Source: an uncultured bacterium
Lineage (GTDB): Bacteria; CSSED10-310; CAZUFC01
Direction: 5' to 3'
Assembly (NCBI GenBank): GCA_964619725.1
Contig: CAZUFC010000021.1
Location: 1-64,000, forward strand
Length of the DNA: 64,000 nucleotides
Shown: positions 36,804-46,945 of the stretch, in pieces
Position numbering within the stretch: position 1 is the stretch's first letter
How the letters are laid out: every line of letters begins with the position of its first letter
Translations under genes and position numbers: made by a program
The notes under the pieces: generated by a model
The model's database searches: none
What the model was told of the DNA's origin: nothing
The model's input: only the letters and a program-made list of their open reading frames with translations

Positions 36804-38297
36804 TCAGCGATAGAAAATGCGGGTCAGCAGAAATCTCAGGACGTTCACCGGGACCATAAAGGTTTCAAGCAACAGGGCTATCCATCGTTGAATCAATCCC
36901 AGCCCGGCCCACAGGGTAGTCTGAATGGTCGGTCTGATTGACGTGAAAGCCCGTTTCCATTCTTTTGCGTCGATTTTAATCTTTTTGCCGCGGGTGTTAT
37001 AAGCATAAAGGTTTTTAATGCCGCAGCGTTTCAGGTATAGAGCTGCGGCCGTATCGAATTCAGGGCTTCCTTCGATGAAGACGGCCGTGCGGCAATTGAG
37101 TTTTTTAATTTCGTGTGCCAGTTGAGGCTCCGTGACAATGGGTTTTAACATGCCGGGATTGAGCAGGAACCAGTCGATCGATGGGTGTTTCAATCTGACA
37201 CGGGTGCAAAATTCGTCTTTCCCGAGCAATACTATGGATTGCGCGGGAAAATCATTTCTGACGTCTGAAATATGACGGTAAAACGTGTCCATGTCATCAC
37301 AGGGAATAACCAGAACACATTCACCCGAAGGCTTTTCTTTGCCTCTTCGGTATAAATTTTCCAGCCCCTTTTTTATTCCCTGATTTTTATAGTAAAAATG
37401 GTATATGCGAAAGATGCGCTTCAGAATAAACCGGCGGTATTTTAACGGTAAACCCCTGATGGCAGGCCTCAGCGCCGTATCAAGTATAAAAGTCAAACGG
37501 TAAACGAAACGACGGTAAACCTCCTGGTGATAGCTGGAGAAATTATGGAGTTTCGGCCATTTTTCCTCCTGAAGGACCATCATTTCTCCCAGAAGCAGGT
37601 CCCGTTTCCTGCTGTCCTCTTCCGATGTGGGATGATAATGATAAGCGACAGCCCTGCTGTTGTAATAGAACCTCATTCCGTTCAGGGCCAGTTGAAGACC
37701 CAGGTCGGTATCCTCGCCCATGGCCGACGGATATCGCTCGTCGAACGGACCGTATTTTTCGAAAAAGGAGCGCTTAAAGGAAATATTGCATGTGATGAAT
37801 TGAAAGAAGGATATTTCTTCGCCGTGTTTCAGCGTGTGATAATAGAACTGAGGTCCCCCGTTTTCCACCCAATACATTATGTCGTTAATTTCCAGGTCAG
37901 GATGCCAGGTCGAATATCCCAGCACGACGGTTTCTTCGGCTGGAAAGCGTTCTTCCTGCCATTGGAGATGCTCGTACAGGCAGTTTTTTTCAGCAATGTA
38001 ATCGTCTCCCGTGATCCAAACGATGCGGCCGGAAGCTTTCCTGATCCCCGTGTTGCGCGCTGCAGCAGGACCCTGATTCGGCTGACGGATGTAATGGACA
38101 GGAAAATCGCCGTTTTTTAAAAAAGTTTCAACGGTTTTCGGGGTATCGTCTGTTGAGCCGTCATCTACGATTATTATTTCATAATCAGTCAGGGGGATGT
38201 CTTGCGATATGAGGGCGTTCAAACATTTAGGCAGGATATCGGACCTGTTGTAAGTCGGAATGATGACGCTGAGTCTCGGTTGCTTTTGTTCGTTCAT
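36804..38297 (-). CDS. GT2 glycosyltransferase with C-terminal extension
   Basis: SVIIPTYNR, VDDGSTD, GPAAARNTG, TGDD, GEDTDLG. Confidence 0.9.
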   Translation of the reverse strand: MNEQKQPRLSVIIPTYNRSDILPKCLNALISQDIPLTDYEIIIVDDGSTDDTPKTVETFLKNGDFPVHYIRQPNQGPAAARNTGIRKASGRIVWITGDDYIAEKNCLYEHLQWQEERFPAEETVVLGYSTWHPDLEINDIMYWVENGGPQFYYHTLKHGEEISFFQFITCNISFKRSFFEKYGPFDERYPSAMGEDTDLGLQLALNGMRFYYNSRAVAYHYHPTSEEDSRKRDLLLGEMMVLQEEKWPKLHNFSSYHQEVYRRFVYRLTFILDTALRPAIRGLPLKYRRFILKRIFRIYHFYYKNQGIKKGLENLYRRGKEKPSGECVLVIPCDDMDTFYRHISDVRNDFPAQSIVLLGKDEFCTRVRLKHPSIDWFLLNPGMLKPIVTEPQLAHEIKKLNCRTAVFIEGSPEFDTAAALYLKRCGIKNLYAYNTRGKKIKIDAKEWKRAFTSIRPTIQTTLWAGLGLIQRWIALLLETFMVPVNVLRFLLTRIFYR

Positions 38298-38323
38298 TTT
38301 TTTGCAATTCCTGTTAGGAAGTT

Positions 38324-39271
38324 TTACGAAATATTCCTGGGACCGGGAGCTGCTGTTTCACGGACGGAATAATCGCCGCTTTTTGATGCTTGTCCCTGTG
38401 ATGGACTGGACATACGGTCCAGCCTGGCGGCGAGTATTCCCCTGATTCCCATAAATAAAAAAACGAGGTTGACGGGAATCAGTTTCCAATCCCTGTCGTT
38501 CAGGGAGGTTTTCATAATCCAGCGGAACATCATGATTGTTTGTTTCAGATGTAGTCGCAGGTAAGGGACTTTATTCTTCAGATGGGCGTAATGACCCCAG
38601 CGCCACCAGCGATAAATCATGGCGGCCAGCGTGACGATGGAGTCATTGCGGTGATGGCGCACCTCGGCATAGGGGGTATAAACGAGCGTGTAACCTTTCT
38701 GACGCACTCTGATGCTGAGATCGACGTCCTCGCCGTTAGTCGCGAACAGCGGATCGAATCCTCCCAATTCCTGCAGAACCGATTTCCTGTATGAAGAACA
38801 TATCCCGTAAAGGAATTCCGGATTCTCCACGCGTTCTGGACCGAGATTCTGGGACAGATACTTGCCCCGCCAGAGGTTGGGAGCATTATCGCTTCTGACT
38901 TCGTATCCTGCGCCTCCGACGCCGCCTATTTTTTCGGAAGTATACTCAGCCAGAATATTTTCTATTAATCCGCTTTCGGCATAAGCATCCACGTCCACAT
39001 AGACGATAATGTCGCCGCGGGCTGCCTGCCAGGCGTTATTTCGGGCTGCAGGCAAACCGAGGTTCCTGGTATGACGAATAACTTTAACTTGAGTATATCC
39101 GCGAATTATTTCGTAACTGCCGTCCGTAGAACCGTCATCAACAACGATCACCTCGTCCGGCGCACGGGTCTGATTCAGCATATGTTCAATCGCTTCTCCG
39201 ATAAAGCGGCTTCCGTTATAGCAAGGTATCACTGCAGTAACGCTCAAATCTTCAGTTTTTACATTCATCAT
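38324..39271 (-). CDS. GT2 glycosyltransferase
   Basis: VIPCYN, VDDGSTD, ARNNA, DVD, GGFD..GEDVDL. Confidence 0.92.
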   Translation of the reverse strand: MMNVKTEDLSVTAVIPCYNGSRFIGEAIEHMLNQTRAPDEVIVVDDGSTDGSYEIIRGYTQVKVIRHTRNLGLPAARNNAWQAARGDIIVYVDVDAYAESGLIENILAEYTSEKIGGVGGAGYEVRSDNAPNLWRGKYLSQNLGPERVENPEFLYGICSSYRKSVLQELGGFDPLFATNGEDVDLSIRVRQKGYTLVYTPYAEVRHHRNDSIVTLAAMIYRWWRWGHYAHLKNKVPYLRLHLKQTIMMFRWIMKTSLNDRDWKLIPVNLVFLFMGIRGILAARLDRMSSPSQGQASKSGDYSVRETAAPGPRNIS

Positions 39272-39391
39272 CGCCTCTTTCTGCTTTGCACCCTACATCC
39301 TGATGATCTCTCAGATCGAAGATTACATTGATGTTGCAAAAAAAGTCAATTCGTCTTCAGACAAAAGTTCGATATGCCTCCGGCCGCCGAT

Positions 39392-40510
39392 TTATCGCCT
39401 GAGCAATTCCCGGCATTTTTTCTTGTGCGTGTTCAATAAATCCTGAATCCCGGACAATGATTTCGAATCCTTTGAATCAATGAGCATCTTCTGACGGTTT
39501 TCACGAAGCAGTCCGCTGCCGGAAAGGACTTCGTATATGGTCTCAGCATAAATGTGCGCTCCCTGTCTGTTTACGTGGATGTCGTCGATGAATAAAGAAG
39601 CGGCCCGATGAGGATGCGTCAGTTCAATTCTTTTATAGCGCCGGACGACATCAGCTTTGGGAACGCCCAGTTCTTCCGCCGCCTTAATCAAATTCGGAAG
39701 ATAATAATCATAGGAAATATCCCGCATGTTGAATCCCGACTTGATTGCCTGCGTAACCAGGATAGGTTCAATGCCCTCTCGCCTGATCATTTCAACCATG
39801 GTTCTTATATTACTGTAATATTCCTCTGGTGAAACCCTGCGTCTGACATGACCGGGATTCATTCCGTGAATTTTTAATCTGATGTTCAAAATCAGTCTTT
39901 CCAGTAAGTTGTAAAAATGCAGGCGATGAAGATAATGACTCGCTTTCGTCAGGCTGCTGGTGTTAAGTTTTCCCCGTTTTTCGTCGGTAATCGAGGATTC
40001 CAGGTAGTCGTTCAAGCCGTAAGCCAGTGTGATTATTTCGGGCTTGAGCTTCATAATATCAGGTAAATACATCATTCCCTGATAGGAAGTATGACCGGGA
40101 ACGCCCGCGTTTATCACTTCCCATTTAAGGCCGTCGCCATTTTGATCAAGGATAAATTGCAATTGAGCAGGATAAGAATCCTCCCATTCGACTTTCACTC
40201 CGTAAGTCACCGAATCTCCCATGCAGACGATCGTGCGGCGTTCGCTGTTCCTGTTCCGTTCAGGACCGCGGAAACCCTCGGTATTGATGCTTTGAACGAC
40301 TGAGCCACGCCCTCCTCCATAGTTGAACTCATGGAAATAACCGGGTTTTAAACGCCAGAAAAGTCTGTCGTCTTCCATGAAACGGGCGCCGCTGGGAAAC
40401 CTCGGCGGCGAAGGCGCTGCCGCTCCCATCAGGCGTAACGTCAGTTCTACGGCCAAAAGGAAGCCGATCGGCAGCAGAAGCGCTGTAATTTTTTTTCTTC
40501 CGTTCGTCAT
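39392..40510 (-). CDS. Membrane-anchored SGNH/GDSL protein (possible polysaccharide O-acyl enzyme)
   Basis: N-terminal TM then ELTLR, INTEGFRG, MGDSVTYG, NAGVPG, GLND, DDIH. Confidence 0.85.
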   Translation of the reverse strand: MTNGRKKITALLLPIGFLLAVELTLRLMGAAAPSPPRFPSGARFMEDDRLFWRLKPGYFHEFNYGGGRGSVVQSINTEGFRGPERNRNSERRTIVCMGDSVTYGVKVEWEDSYPAQLQFILDQNGDGLKWEVINAGVPGHTSYQGMMYLPDIMKLKPEIITLAYGLNDYLESSITDEKRGKLNTSSLTKASHYLHRLHFYNLLERLILNIRLKIHGMNPGHVRRRVSPEEYYSNIRTMVEMIRREGIEPILVTQAIKSGFNMRDISYDYYLPNLIKAAEELGVPKADVVRRYKRIELTHPHRAASLFIDDIHVNRQGAHIYAETIYEVLSGSGLLRENRQKMLIDSKDSKSLSGIQDLLNTHKKKCRELLRR

Positions 40511-40620
40511 GGCGGATGTTTTTCGTTCATTGCCCGAAAAAAATTCAATTCGGCGGGAAGACTTCAGTAAGAATATAACCAGAAAAGCATTTTCGCTTTT
40601 TCATGATGTCCGTGCCCGAC

Positions 40621-41130
40621 TCATTTCCGGCTGTTAAGATAAAAATCAAGATAAAGTTCTCCTTTGGGCGTCAATTCATAATAGGTGTGGTTTCGATGCT
40701 TGATCCATTTGTTTTTCACTATTTTTTTACGGTATTGAATCATCAGCTTTTCAACGCGGGACAACAAGCCCAGACCGCGGAGTTTGCCGTGCCGGTCGAA
40801 AACCGTTTTTCGTTTAAGTTTGAGCATGCTCGAAACCGTGATGGAATAATCGATGCCATATTCGCGATGATGCTTCAGTATGCGAAAATCGGTTTTATCC
40901 AGCGAGGCGTAATCCGGACCGGGTTTTTCAGGTTCCTCCGCCGTTATCTGATTCCATTCCAGGTCCAGGAGACGCCCGGCTTCAACTTTTTCAAGATTGG
41001 GACAGGAAGAACGGTGAGCGACAACGATGTTGTCATAATTGATATACCCTTTCAGGCGGTCTTCGGGTCCCGGATTGCAACATTTGGCTGTCTTGTAATT
41101 TTCCTTGAGTCGTAAAGATTTCCCGCCCAT
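40621..41130 (-). CDS. RelA/SpoT zinc-finger(RIS)-like domain fused to DUF2250 winged helix
   Basis: AKCCNPGPEDRLKGYI..VAHRSSCPNL..RLLDLEW, then ILKHH..GIDY..GLLSRV..KHRNHTYYELTPKGE; start reset to ATG 41130 after GGGAGAG. Confidence 0.78.
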   Translation of the reverse strand: MGGKSLRLKENYKTAKCCNPGPEDRLKGYINYDNIVVAHRSSCPNLEKVEAGRLLDLEWNQITAEEPEKPGPDYASLDKTDFRILKHHREYGIDYSITVSSMLKLKRKTVFDRHGKLRGLGLLSRVEKLMIQYRKKIVKNKWIKHRNHTYYELTPKGELYLDFYLNSRK

Positions 41131-41192
41131 CTGGACTTCTCTCCCATCACTTAAAAATAATGAAAAGTAAAGAAAAGTCAAAGAGAAAAGGT

Positions 41193-41240
41193 CTAAAATT
41201 CGGATACGGAAAAGGCCGTTTTTCCGTATCCGAATTTTAG
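41193..41240 (-). terminator. Perfect 21-bp inverted repeat, terminator-like on the minus strand
   Basis: CTAAAATTCGGATACGGAAAA-ggccgt-TTTTCCGTATCCGAATTTTAG, followed on the minus strand by pyrimidine/U-rich tracts. Confidence 0.8.
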
Positions 41241-41604
41241 TCAGCGCTCGTCTTGACTTGAAATGAGGAGGGATTTAAACTGAAAATAAACCTCCTTTTT
41301 ATAAGGAGTGAGAAGGAAGTGAGCTGGATTGGCGATGAGTTGTCGGTGTTTGGTGAAAAAGGGTGAATTATGCAGATGAGGAGCGTTTTGAAAAGCGACT
41401 GAAGATTTTGCCGGGGAATTACTCGTCCGAGAGGGTAAAAGCAAAAATATCCAGTAAACATAAACTGAATTTGAATATTGAATTATGAGAATCGAAGAGG
41501 CTGATGTGGAATCATGTCGAAGAAAAGAATACGAGTTAATTTCGAGAGCGGCTGATGACCGTCGCCTGCGAGCGGCGAACATGGCCGGCATCCGAAAAAG
41601 ATCG

Positions 41605-44600
41605 ATGAAAGTTTTTCCTGTGTGGGTTGTTTTGTCGATGATTTTTTCGATGGAGGTTCTTTGTGGCGGAGCGGGAGAGATAGTGACGATTGAGACGAAA
41701 GACGGCGGAATGATTCAGGGCGAGATACTGAAAAGGAATGAAGAGGGAGTTTTTATCTTTGTGGGAGGGTCTGTTACGGCGCTGGACCGGAAGAACATTA
41801 AGTCGATCAGGAACGCTGAAGTAAAGGAAACGGAAGCAAAGAACGGAACCGGGGAAAATTTACAAGGCGAATTTAAGCCTGACGATCCCCTGGTAAAAGA
41901 CCCTCAAAAGTATGCGGATGAACTGATTAAGGCTGTCGTGACGGTAAAGACGCCTGTGGGCGCCGGAGCCGGTTGGTTCATTGATCGCGGCGGCTACATC
42001 ATAACGAATAATCATGTGATTGAGGGCGAGCGATCCATTACGGTAACGATGTATCAGAAAGAAAACGATTGGGTGCGAAAACAGTCTTTCAAAAAGGTGC
42101 GGATAATCGCGGTAAGTCATAATCTTGACCTGGCTTTGCTTAAAATAGAGGAAGATATAGAATTGCCTTACAAGACGTTGCGATTGGGTAATTCCGAAGC
42201 GGTCAGCGTGGGCGATCAAGTATTCGTTGTAGGCAATCCCATGGGATTGGAACGGTCTACATCGGAGGGAATAATCAGCAAAAAAGCCCGTAATTTCGGC
42301 GGAAGGCTTTTCATGCAGATAACCGCGCCGGTTGCCCCGGGAAATTCCGGCGGTCCCGTATTCAATCGAAAAGGAGAAGTCATCGGCGTCGTCACGATGG
42401 GATATTTGCTTCTGGACGGGTTGGTGTTCGTTCTGCCGGCGAAATATGTGGAAGAATTCATAGAAAATGTGGAAGCCTTCGCCTATGATGAGGATAATCC
42501 CAATTCAGGCATCAAATACATGGAAGCGCCCATAATGTCGATGGACGACAGTTTTCAGTTCGTCTCATCGGATTTTATAAAAACAGGCGCCGGAGCCTCC
42601 TGTTTAACCCCTGCAGATATCGACGGAGACGGCAGGGAAGAAATCATCTACGCCGACAACATAAAATCGGAAATAGGGATAATCAGGCAGAAAACGCCTG
42701 ATCAGATAACAAAAAAGGCGCTCCCGGAATTCCATGACGTCAACGAACTCAAGGGCAGCGATTATTTGCAAAGAGATTCCATACCGGTTTCCAATCTTAT
42801 AATTTCTCTCGTAGTTGAGGATTTGAACGGCGACGGATATTCCGACATAGTATTTCTCGGCGATATGGACGGACTGGCCGTTTTGGAAGGAAACGAAAAC
42901 GGTTCGTTCAATCCGGTTCGAAAAATAGATGAAGTGGAAATGAGCGAACGTAAAGATGCTTTAAGGTTGATTGACTTTGACGGTGATGGAATGAAAGAGG
43001 TTTTCATACTGGGCAATGACTATTTCACGATATTCCGGCAGGATGCTGAACGGATGGAATATCCTTTGGGCGCATCCTACAAGAATAAAATAAAATATAT
43101 CGATTTTTTCGATGCGGATGAGGACGGATTAAAAGACATAGTCTTCTTTGCGGAGGATGATAATTTTGCAGTTTACGTCAGGCTCCAGAACAGGGAAGGC
43201 GATTTTTTAATCGATTATCCCGTAAGGTCGCAAATATCAGGGATGACTCGGTTTAACAATCTTGATCAGAAACGGAGATATCTGACCTTGGATAAAGGTT
43301 TAAATCGTATCAGAGAGTTGATCCTGGTTCCCGGTGGAGTTAATGAAAGGAAAGAAAAGAAAACCTGTTCGATGTTTTCGGTCCCGGTTCAACCCGGTCA
43401 AAGCATGGAAGGAAAAATTCAGGCAGGCCGCTTGTCGAAAAACAGCGATGAGTTCGTGCTGTTGACCTCGGAAAGACAAAAAAACGAATTTTTACTCTAT
43501 TATTTTAAAAACGGCGATTTGAAGCTCAGAAAATCTCCTTCTCCTTCTGATCTCGATCAGTGCATTCTTTACACTGGAGTCGGCAAACCCGCTGTATTCA
43601 GTCTGTCGCGAAAAGATAAAATATTCGGCGTGAGCCGGATTGAAAATGAAAGAGTCGCTTACCCCAGACCTATAGATACGGCGGGACAGGTGGAATATAT
43701 CGCGCTTGACGCAATCGATAATGAGGAATCCAAACCTCGATTATTCTGGCTGGAAAAGGCGGATTCAGATTACTTTATCCGCTCCACGTCTCTGGAGAAA
43801 ATCGTTGATGAAATTTACCGGGATCGTACAGGCTCTATAAATGTGCAGACGGATACCATAACTTTTACCTATGAAAACAGCGAAACAGACTCTCTCCGGG
43901 ACAGACCGTCAGCTTTTGAATTCGCAGATTTTAACCGGGATGAATTGAAAGACCTTCTGATCTATTGGACTTATTCCGGTAAAGAAAGCCTGTTTATGGC
44001 ACGGAAAGACGGTAAATATCGAGAAATAGTGAATCAGGAAAACCTCTTCGATCAAAATGAGGGTCAAAGGCTTATTACCGCAGATATGAACAATTCGGGA
44101 AAAAAAGACGTGATACTCGTTAAACCGGGTTTCCTGCGGATATTGAGAGTGGACGACCGAGACAAAATTTACGTTGAAAAACAGTTCAACTGGAAGTTCG
44201 GAGAAATCTCCGGTATGGCTCTCCTCAACGCTGATCAGGATAAACCTCAATTCATAGTCATGTCTGAAAAGCAGGCTTATGTCGTTCAGTTGAATCAGCT
44301 CGACAACAAATTCGATCTCATCGACAGTTTTGACTTGAACGGCTTGAACGTTAAAAACGTCATGGTCGGAGATGTGGCGGAGAATAAGGGTAATGAGATG
44401 CTTTTCAGCGGCAAAGGCGCTGTTTTTATCTTTAAAGAGGGATTGCCTGGATTAGAAGTTCATGAATCCATACGGCTGAATGCCAGGCAAAACTACTTTC
44501 AATACTGGAAAATTCACTGCGCAGACCTGGATGGAAACGGAGGGGATGAAATTTTGCTTTTCGACTCCAAAGAAGCCGTTTTTGAAGTCTATAAGCAGCT

Positions 44601-44820
44601 AAATGAGAAGGAAACCCTGGCCGTTTTGAGACACAGATTGTTTGATAAAAAACGATCAAAATACGACAAAATGGAATATGTCCGGTCTCCGGATGAAATT
44701 GCCGTCGCTGATATGGACGCAGATGGTAAAAATGATCTGATTTTCATGCTGGATGATCGAATCGCCGTTTATCTGCAAAAAGAATTTTCCTCAATGAATG
44801 ATGAAATGCGCAATAATTAG
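41605..44820 (+). CDS. Secreted trypsin-like (S1C) serine protease fused to FG-GAP/VCBS repeats
   Basis: Triad TNNHV, DLALL, PGNSGGP; repeats DIDGDGREE, DLNGDGYSD, DFDGDGMKE, DLDGNGGDE, DMDADGKND. Start reset to the signal peptide MKVFPVWVV. Confidence 0.88.
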   Translation: MKVFPVWVVLSMIFSMEVLCGGAGEIVTIETKDGGMIQGEILKRNEEGVFIFVGGSVTALDRKNIKSIRNAEVKETEAKNGTGENLQGEFKPDDPLVKDPQKYADELIKAVVTVKTPVGAGAGWFIDRGGYIITNNHVIEGERSITVTMYQKENDWVRKQSFKKVRIIAVSHNLDLALLKIEEDIELPYKTLRLGNSEAVSVGDQVFVVGNPMGLERSTSEGIISKKARNFGGRLFMQITAPVAPGNSGGPVFNRKGEVIGVVTMGYLLLDGLVFVLPAKYVEEFIENVEAFAYDEDNPNSGIKYMEAPIMSMDDSFQFVSSDFIKTGAGASCLTPADIDGDGREEIIYADNIKSEIGIIRQKTPDQITKKALPEFHDVNELKGSDYLQRDSIPVSNLIISLVVEDLNGDGYSDIVFLGDMDGLAVLEGNENGSFNPVRKIDEVEMSERKDALRLIDFDGDGMKEVFILGNDYFTIFRQDAERMEYPLGASYKNKIKYIDFFDADEDGLKDIVFFAEDDNFAVYVRLQNREGDFLIDYPVRSQISGMTRFNNLDQKRRYLTLDKGLNRIRELILVPGGVNERKEKKTCSMFSVPVQPGQSMEGKIQAGRLSKNSDEFVLLTSERQKNEFLLYYFKNGDLKLRKSPSPSDLDQCILYTGVGKPAVFSLSRKDKIFGVSRIENERVAYPRPIDTAGQVEYIALDAIDNEESKPRLFWLEKADSDYFIRSTSLEKIVDEIYRDRTGSINVQTDTITFTYENSETDSLRDRPSAFEFADFNRDELKDLLIYWTYSGKESLFMARKDGKYREIVNQENLFDQNEGQRLITADMNNSGKKDVILVKPGFLRILRVDDRDKIYVEKQFNWKFGEISGMALLNADQDKPQFIVMSEKQAYVVQLNQLDNKFDLIDSFDLNGLNVKNVMVGDVAENKGNEMLFSGKGAVFIFKEGLPGLEVHESIRLNARQNYFQYWKIHCADLDGNGGDEILLFDSKEAVFEVYKQLNEKETLAVLRHRLFDKKRSKYDKMEYVRSPDEIAVADMDADGKNDLIFMLDDRIAVYLQKEFSSMNDEMRNN

Positions 44821-44862
44821 TGAAGCCCTGCTTCTTAGTAAACAAAAACAAATAAGTAAAGG

Positions 44863-46863
44863 ATGGCTGTCGTGAAAAAAAACAGAATTGTCCGAGTCTC
44901 GGTTTTTACGGTTCTGATCTGGTGCTGCTGCGCTCAGGCCGGGTCCTCCTTCATGCAAAAAGCGCCTGAAGATGTTTTGATACTCGCTGAGTTTGATTTT
45001 GAGGTTTTCCTCAAAACCAGCGAAAAAACGCTGAGGAAAATAGACGAAAAATCGACTGACAAAATTGCATTTCATTTGAACAAGATGACCGAATGCTTGA
45101 AAGAACTCGGCAAACGCTATGATTTCAGTCCTCTGATGTTTGATTCTCTCGAAAAAATGAAAGTTTATTACCTCTTGATGCATGCTGTTGAGACTAAGGG
45201 CGGCGTTTCTAAAGATCGTCGCCTTCCTGAAGACAAGGGCGATTATGAAGCGCTTTCCGTCCTTGTATTGGAGACTGATGAGAAGATTTCGGCTGATTTC
45301 ATTGAGCAATCCAAAAAATTTGCTGTAAAGTTGAATGAAAAAAGTAACGGTCAGGAGCAGCCGGCATACAGGTCCGTCGACATGGAAAAAGGAGAAATGA
45401 TTTATATTACGAAAAGCGATTTCTATATGGGCAGAGTTGAAAAATACATCATTTTTTCAAATGGAATTCCTACAGAAATCATAAATAACATAACGGCTCC
45501 TCCAGAAAAAAATATGACTCAAAATGAAGTTTATCGACGGTTGGAAGAGGAGCCTCTCAAAGATCAGCGATATATTAAAATCATGATGAATTTCAATCAA
45601 ATCCTCGTTGCTATTGAGGATATTCTGAGAGAAGACCTGGAAAAGTCTCAGGAAGAACTCAAGAATGCGGAGGTATCGGAGGAATTCCGGAAAAAAAGTG
45701 ATGAAGAAAAGGCTATCGCACACCAGCAATACATGGCAGAAGTCGAAGAATCGAAGAAAACGCTGGATTATTTTTTGCTCTGCAGAAAACATCTGGAACT
45801 GGATAAACTGCGAACCATAGGAATCAATGCTTACCTGGTACAGAAAAACCAGAGTTACCTGGCTGAGTATAAGGTTATCTGCAAGTTCGATGAACCTGTT
45901 CCGCCCTTCTATAAAATGCTGCTGGACTCCGGTAAAAAATTGCAGGCTCCGGGAGTGCAAACGGACGAAGGATATCTTTATATGACAAGAATAGATGTTG
46001 CCGGGCTCTGGAATCTTCTGACGGGGATTCTTCCTCAGGAGATGAATCAACAGCTTATGATGGTTCTCGAAATGATCAGGATGCAGTTCGGTTACCGTCC
46101 TGCGGAAGTATTCAGCGGTCTGTCCAACGACATCTATTGTTTTATCGATGCTTATGAAACTGAACTCGATTTACCTTCCTTTGATGAGGAAACCGGGGAA
46201 ATGACTTTTCAAAAACAGAAAACCGGTCTTCCTCGTTTTCTGTTTCTTCTGGGAATAAAGAATCCGGACTCTTTTTCAACTATTCTGTCGGAAATTTTCA
46301 GCAAAGCATCAGCCAATCCGATTATCAGCGTCATGTACGAAAAGCGAAACTACCAGGGGAAAGATGTTCATGTTATGACCTACAAGAGTGAAGCAGCCCC
46401 GGGAATGCCGCTCGCCGAGGTGAATATTGCCGCGACCATATTAAAGAAGCAGGTTGTATTGGGGTCCTGGGGCTCTGTAACGGAATATATCAGGAGAGCG
46501 AAAGAGCGCCGGGGAGACGAGAGAAACATCGCCGACCGGATACTTTCTCGCAATCCCAATGCCGGGTTCGTAATGATTCAACCCCTTGAATACAAGAAAC
46601 GAATGCAAAAAATGTCGGGAGCAGACCCTTCCCTGATTCTGAAAGAAGATTTTGTAGGAGAATACTTCAGAGAGGAAGGAATAACATTTCCTGATGAAGA
46701 AACAGAGGAATGCATCGTCGGTTCCTTAACCGTTATCTTTAGAGAAATTTACAAATTGTCGGAATCGGGGGACGAAAACAAACCGGGTTATCTGGTGTTC
46801 AAGGGAGAACAAAAAGGTCAGTTTTATGAAATTGTGGGAAAAAATGAATTTTTTATCAAATAA
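44863..46863 (+). CDS. Secreted hypothetical protein
   Basis: 666-aa ORF with signal peptide (..CCCAQA), 42 bp downstream of the protease gene. Confidence 0.75.
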   Translation: MAVVKKNRIVRVSVFTVLIWCCCAQAGSSFMQKAPEDVLILAEFDFEVFLKTSEKTLRKIDEKSTDKIAFHLNKMTECLKELGKRYDFSPLMFDSLEKMKVYYLLMHAVETKGGVSKDRRLPEDKGDYEALSVLVLETDEKISADFIEQSKKFAVKLNEKSNGQEQPAYRSVDMEKGEMIYITKSDFYMGRVEKYIIFSNGIPTEIINNITAPPEKNMTQNEVYRRLEEEPLKDQRYIKIMMNFNQILVAIEDILREDLEKSQEELKNAEVSEEFRKKSDEEKAIAHQQYMAEVEESKKTLDYFLLCRKHLELDKLRTIGINAYLVQKNQSYLAEYKVICKFDEPVPPFYKMLLDSGKKLQAPGVQTDEGYLYMTRIDVAGLWNLLTGILPQEMNQQLMMVLEMIRMQFGYRPAEVFSGLSNDIYCFIDAYETELDLPSFDEETGEMTFQKQKTGLPRFLFLLGIKNPDSFSTILSEIFSKASANPIISVMYEKRNYQGKDVHVMTYKSEAAPGMPLAEVNIAATILKKQVVLGSWGSVTEYIRRAKERRGDERNIADRILSRNPNAGFVMIQPLEYKKRMQKMSGADPSLILKEDFVGEYFREEGITFPDEETEECIVGSLTVIFREIYKLSESGDENKPGYLVFKGEQKGQFYEIVGKNEFFIK

Positions 46864-46945
46864 TTACAGGTTTGGAATCCTGACATTGTTTGATGAAAAA
46901 TTGTGAATTGTTTGGAACATATTTCGAGCATGGAGGCTTCATCGT

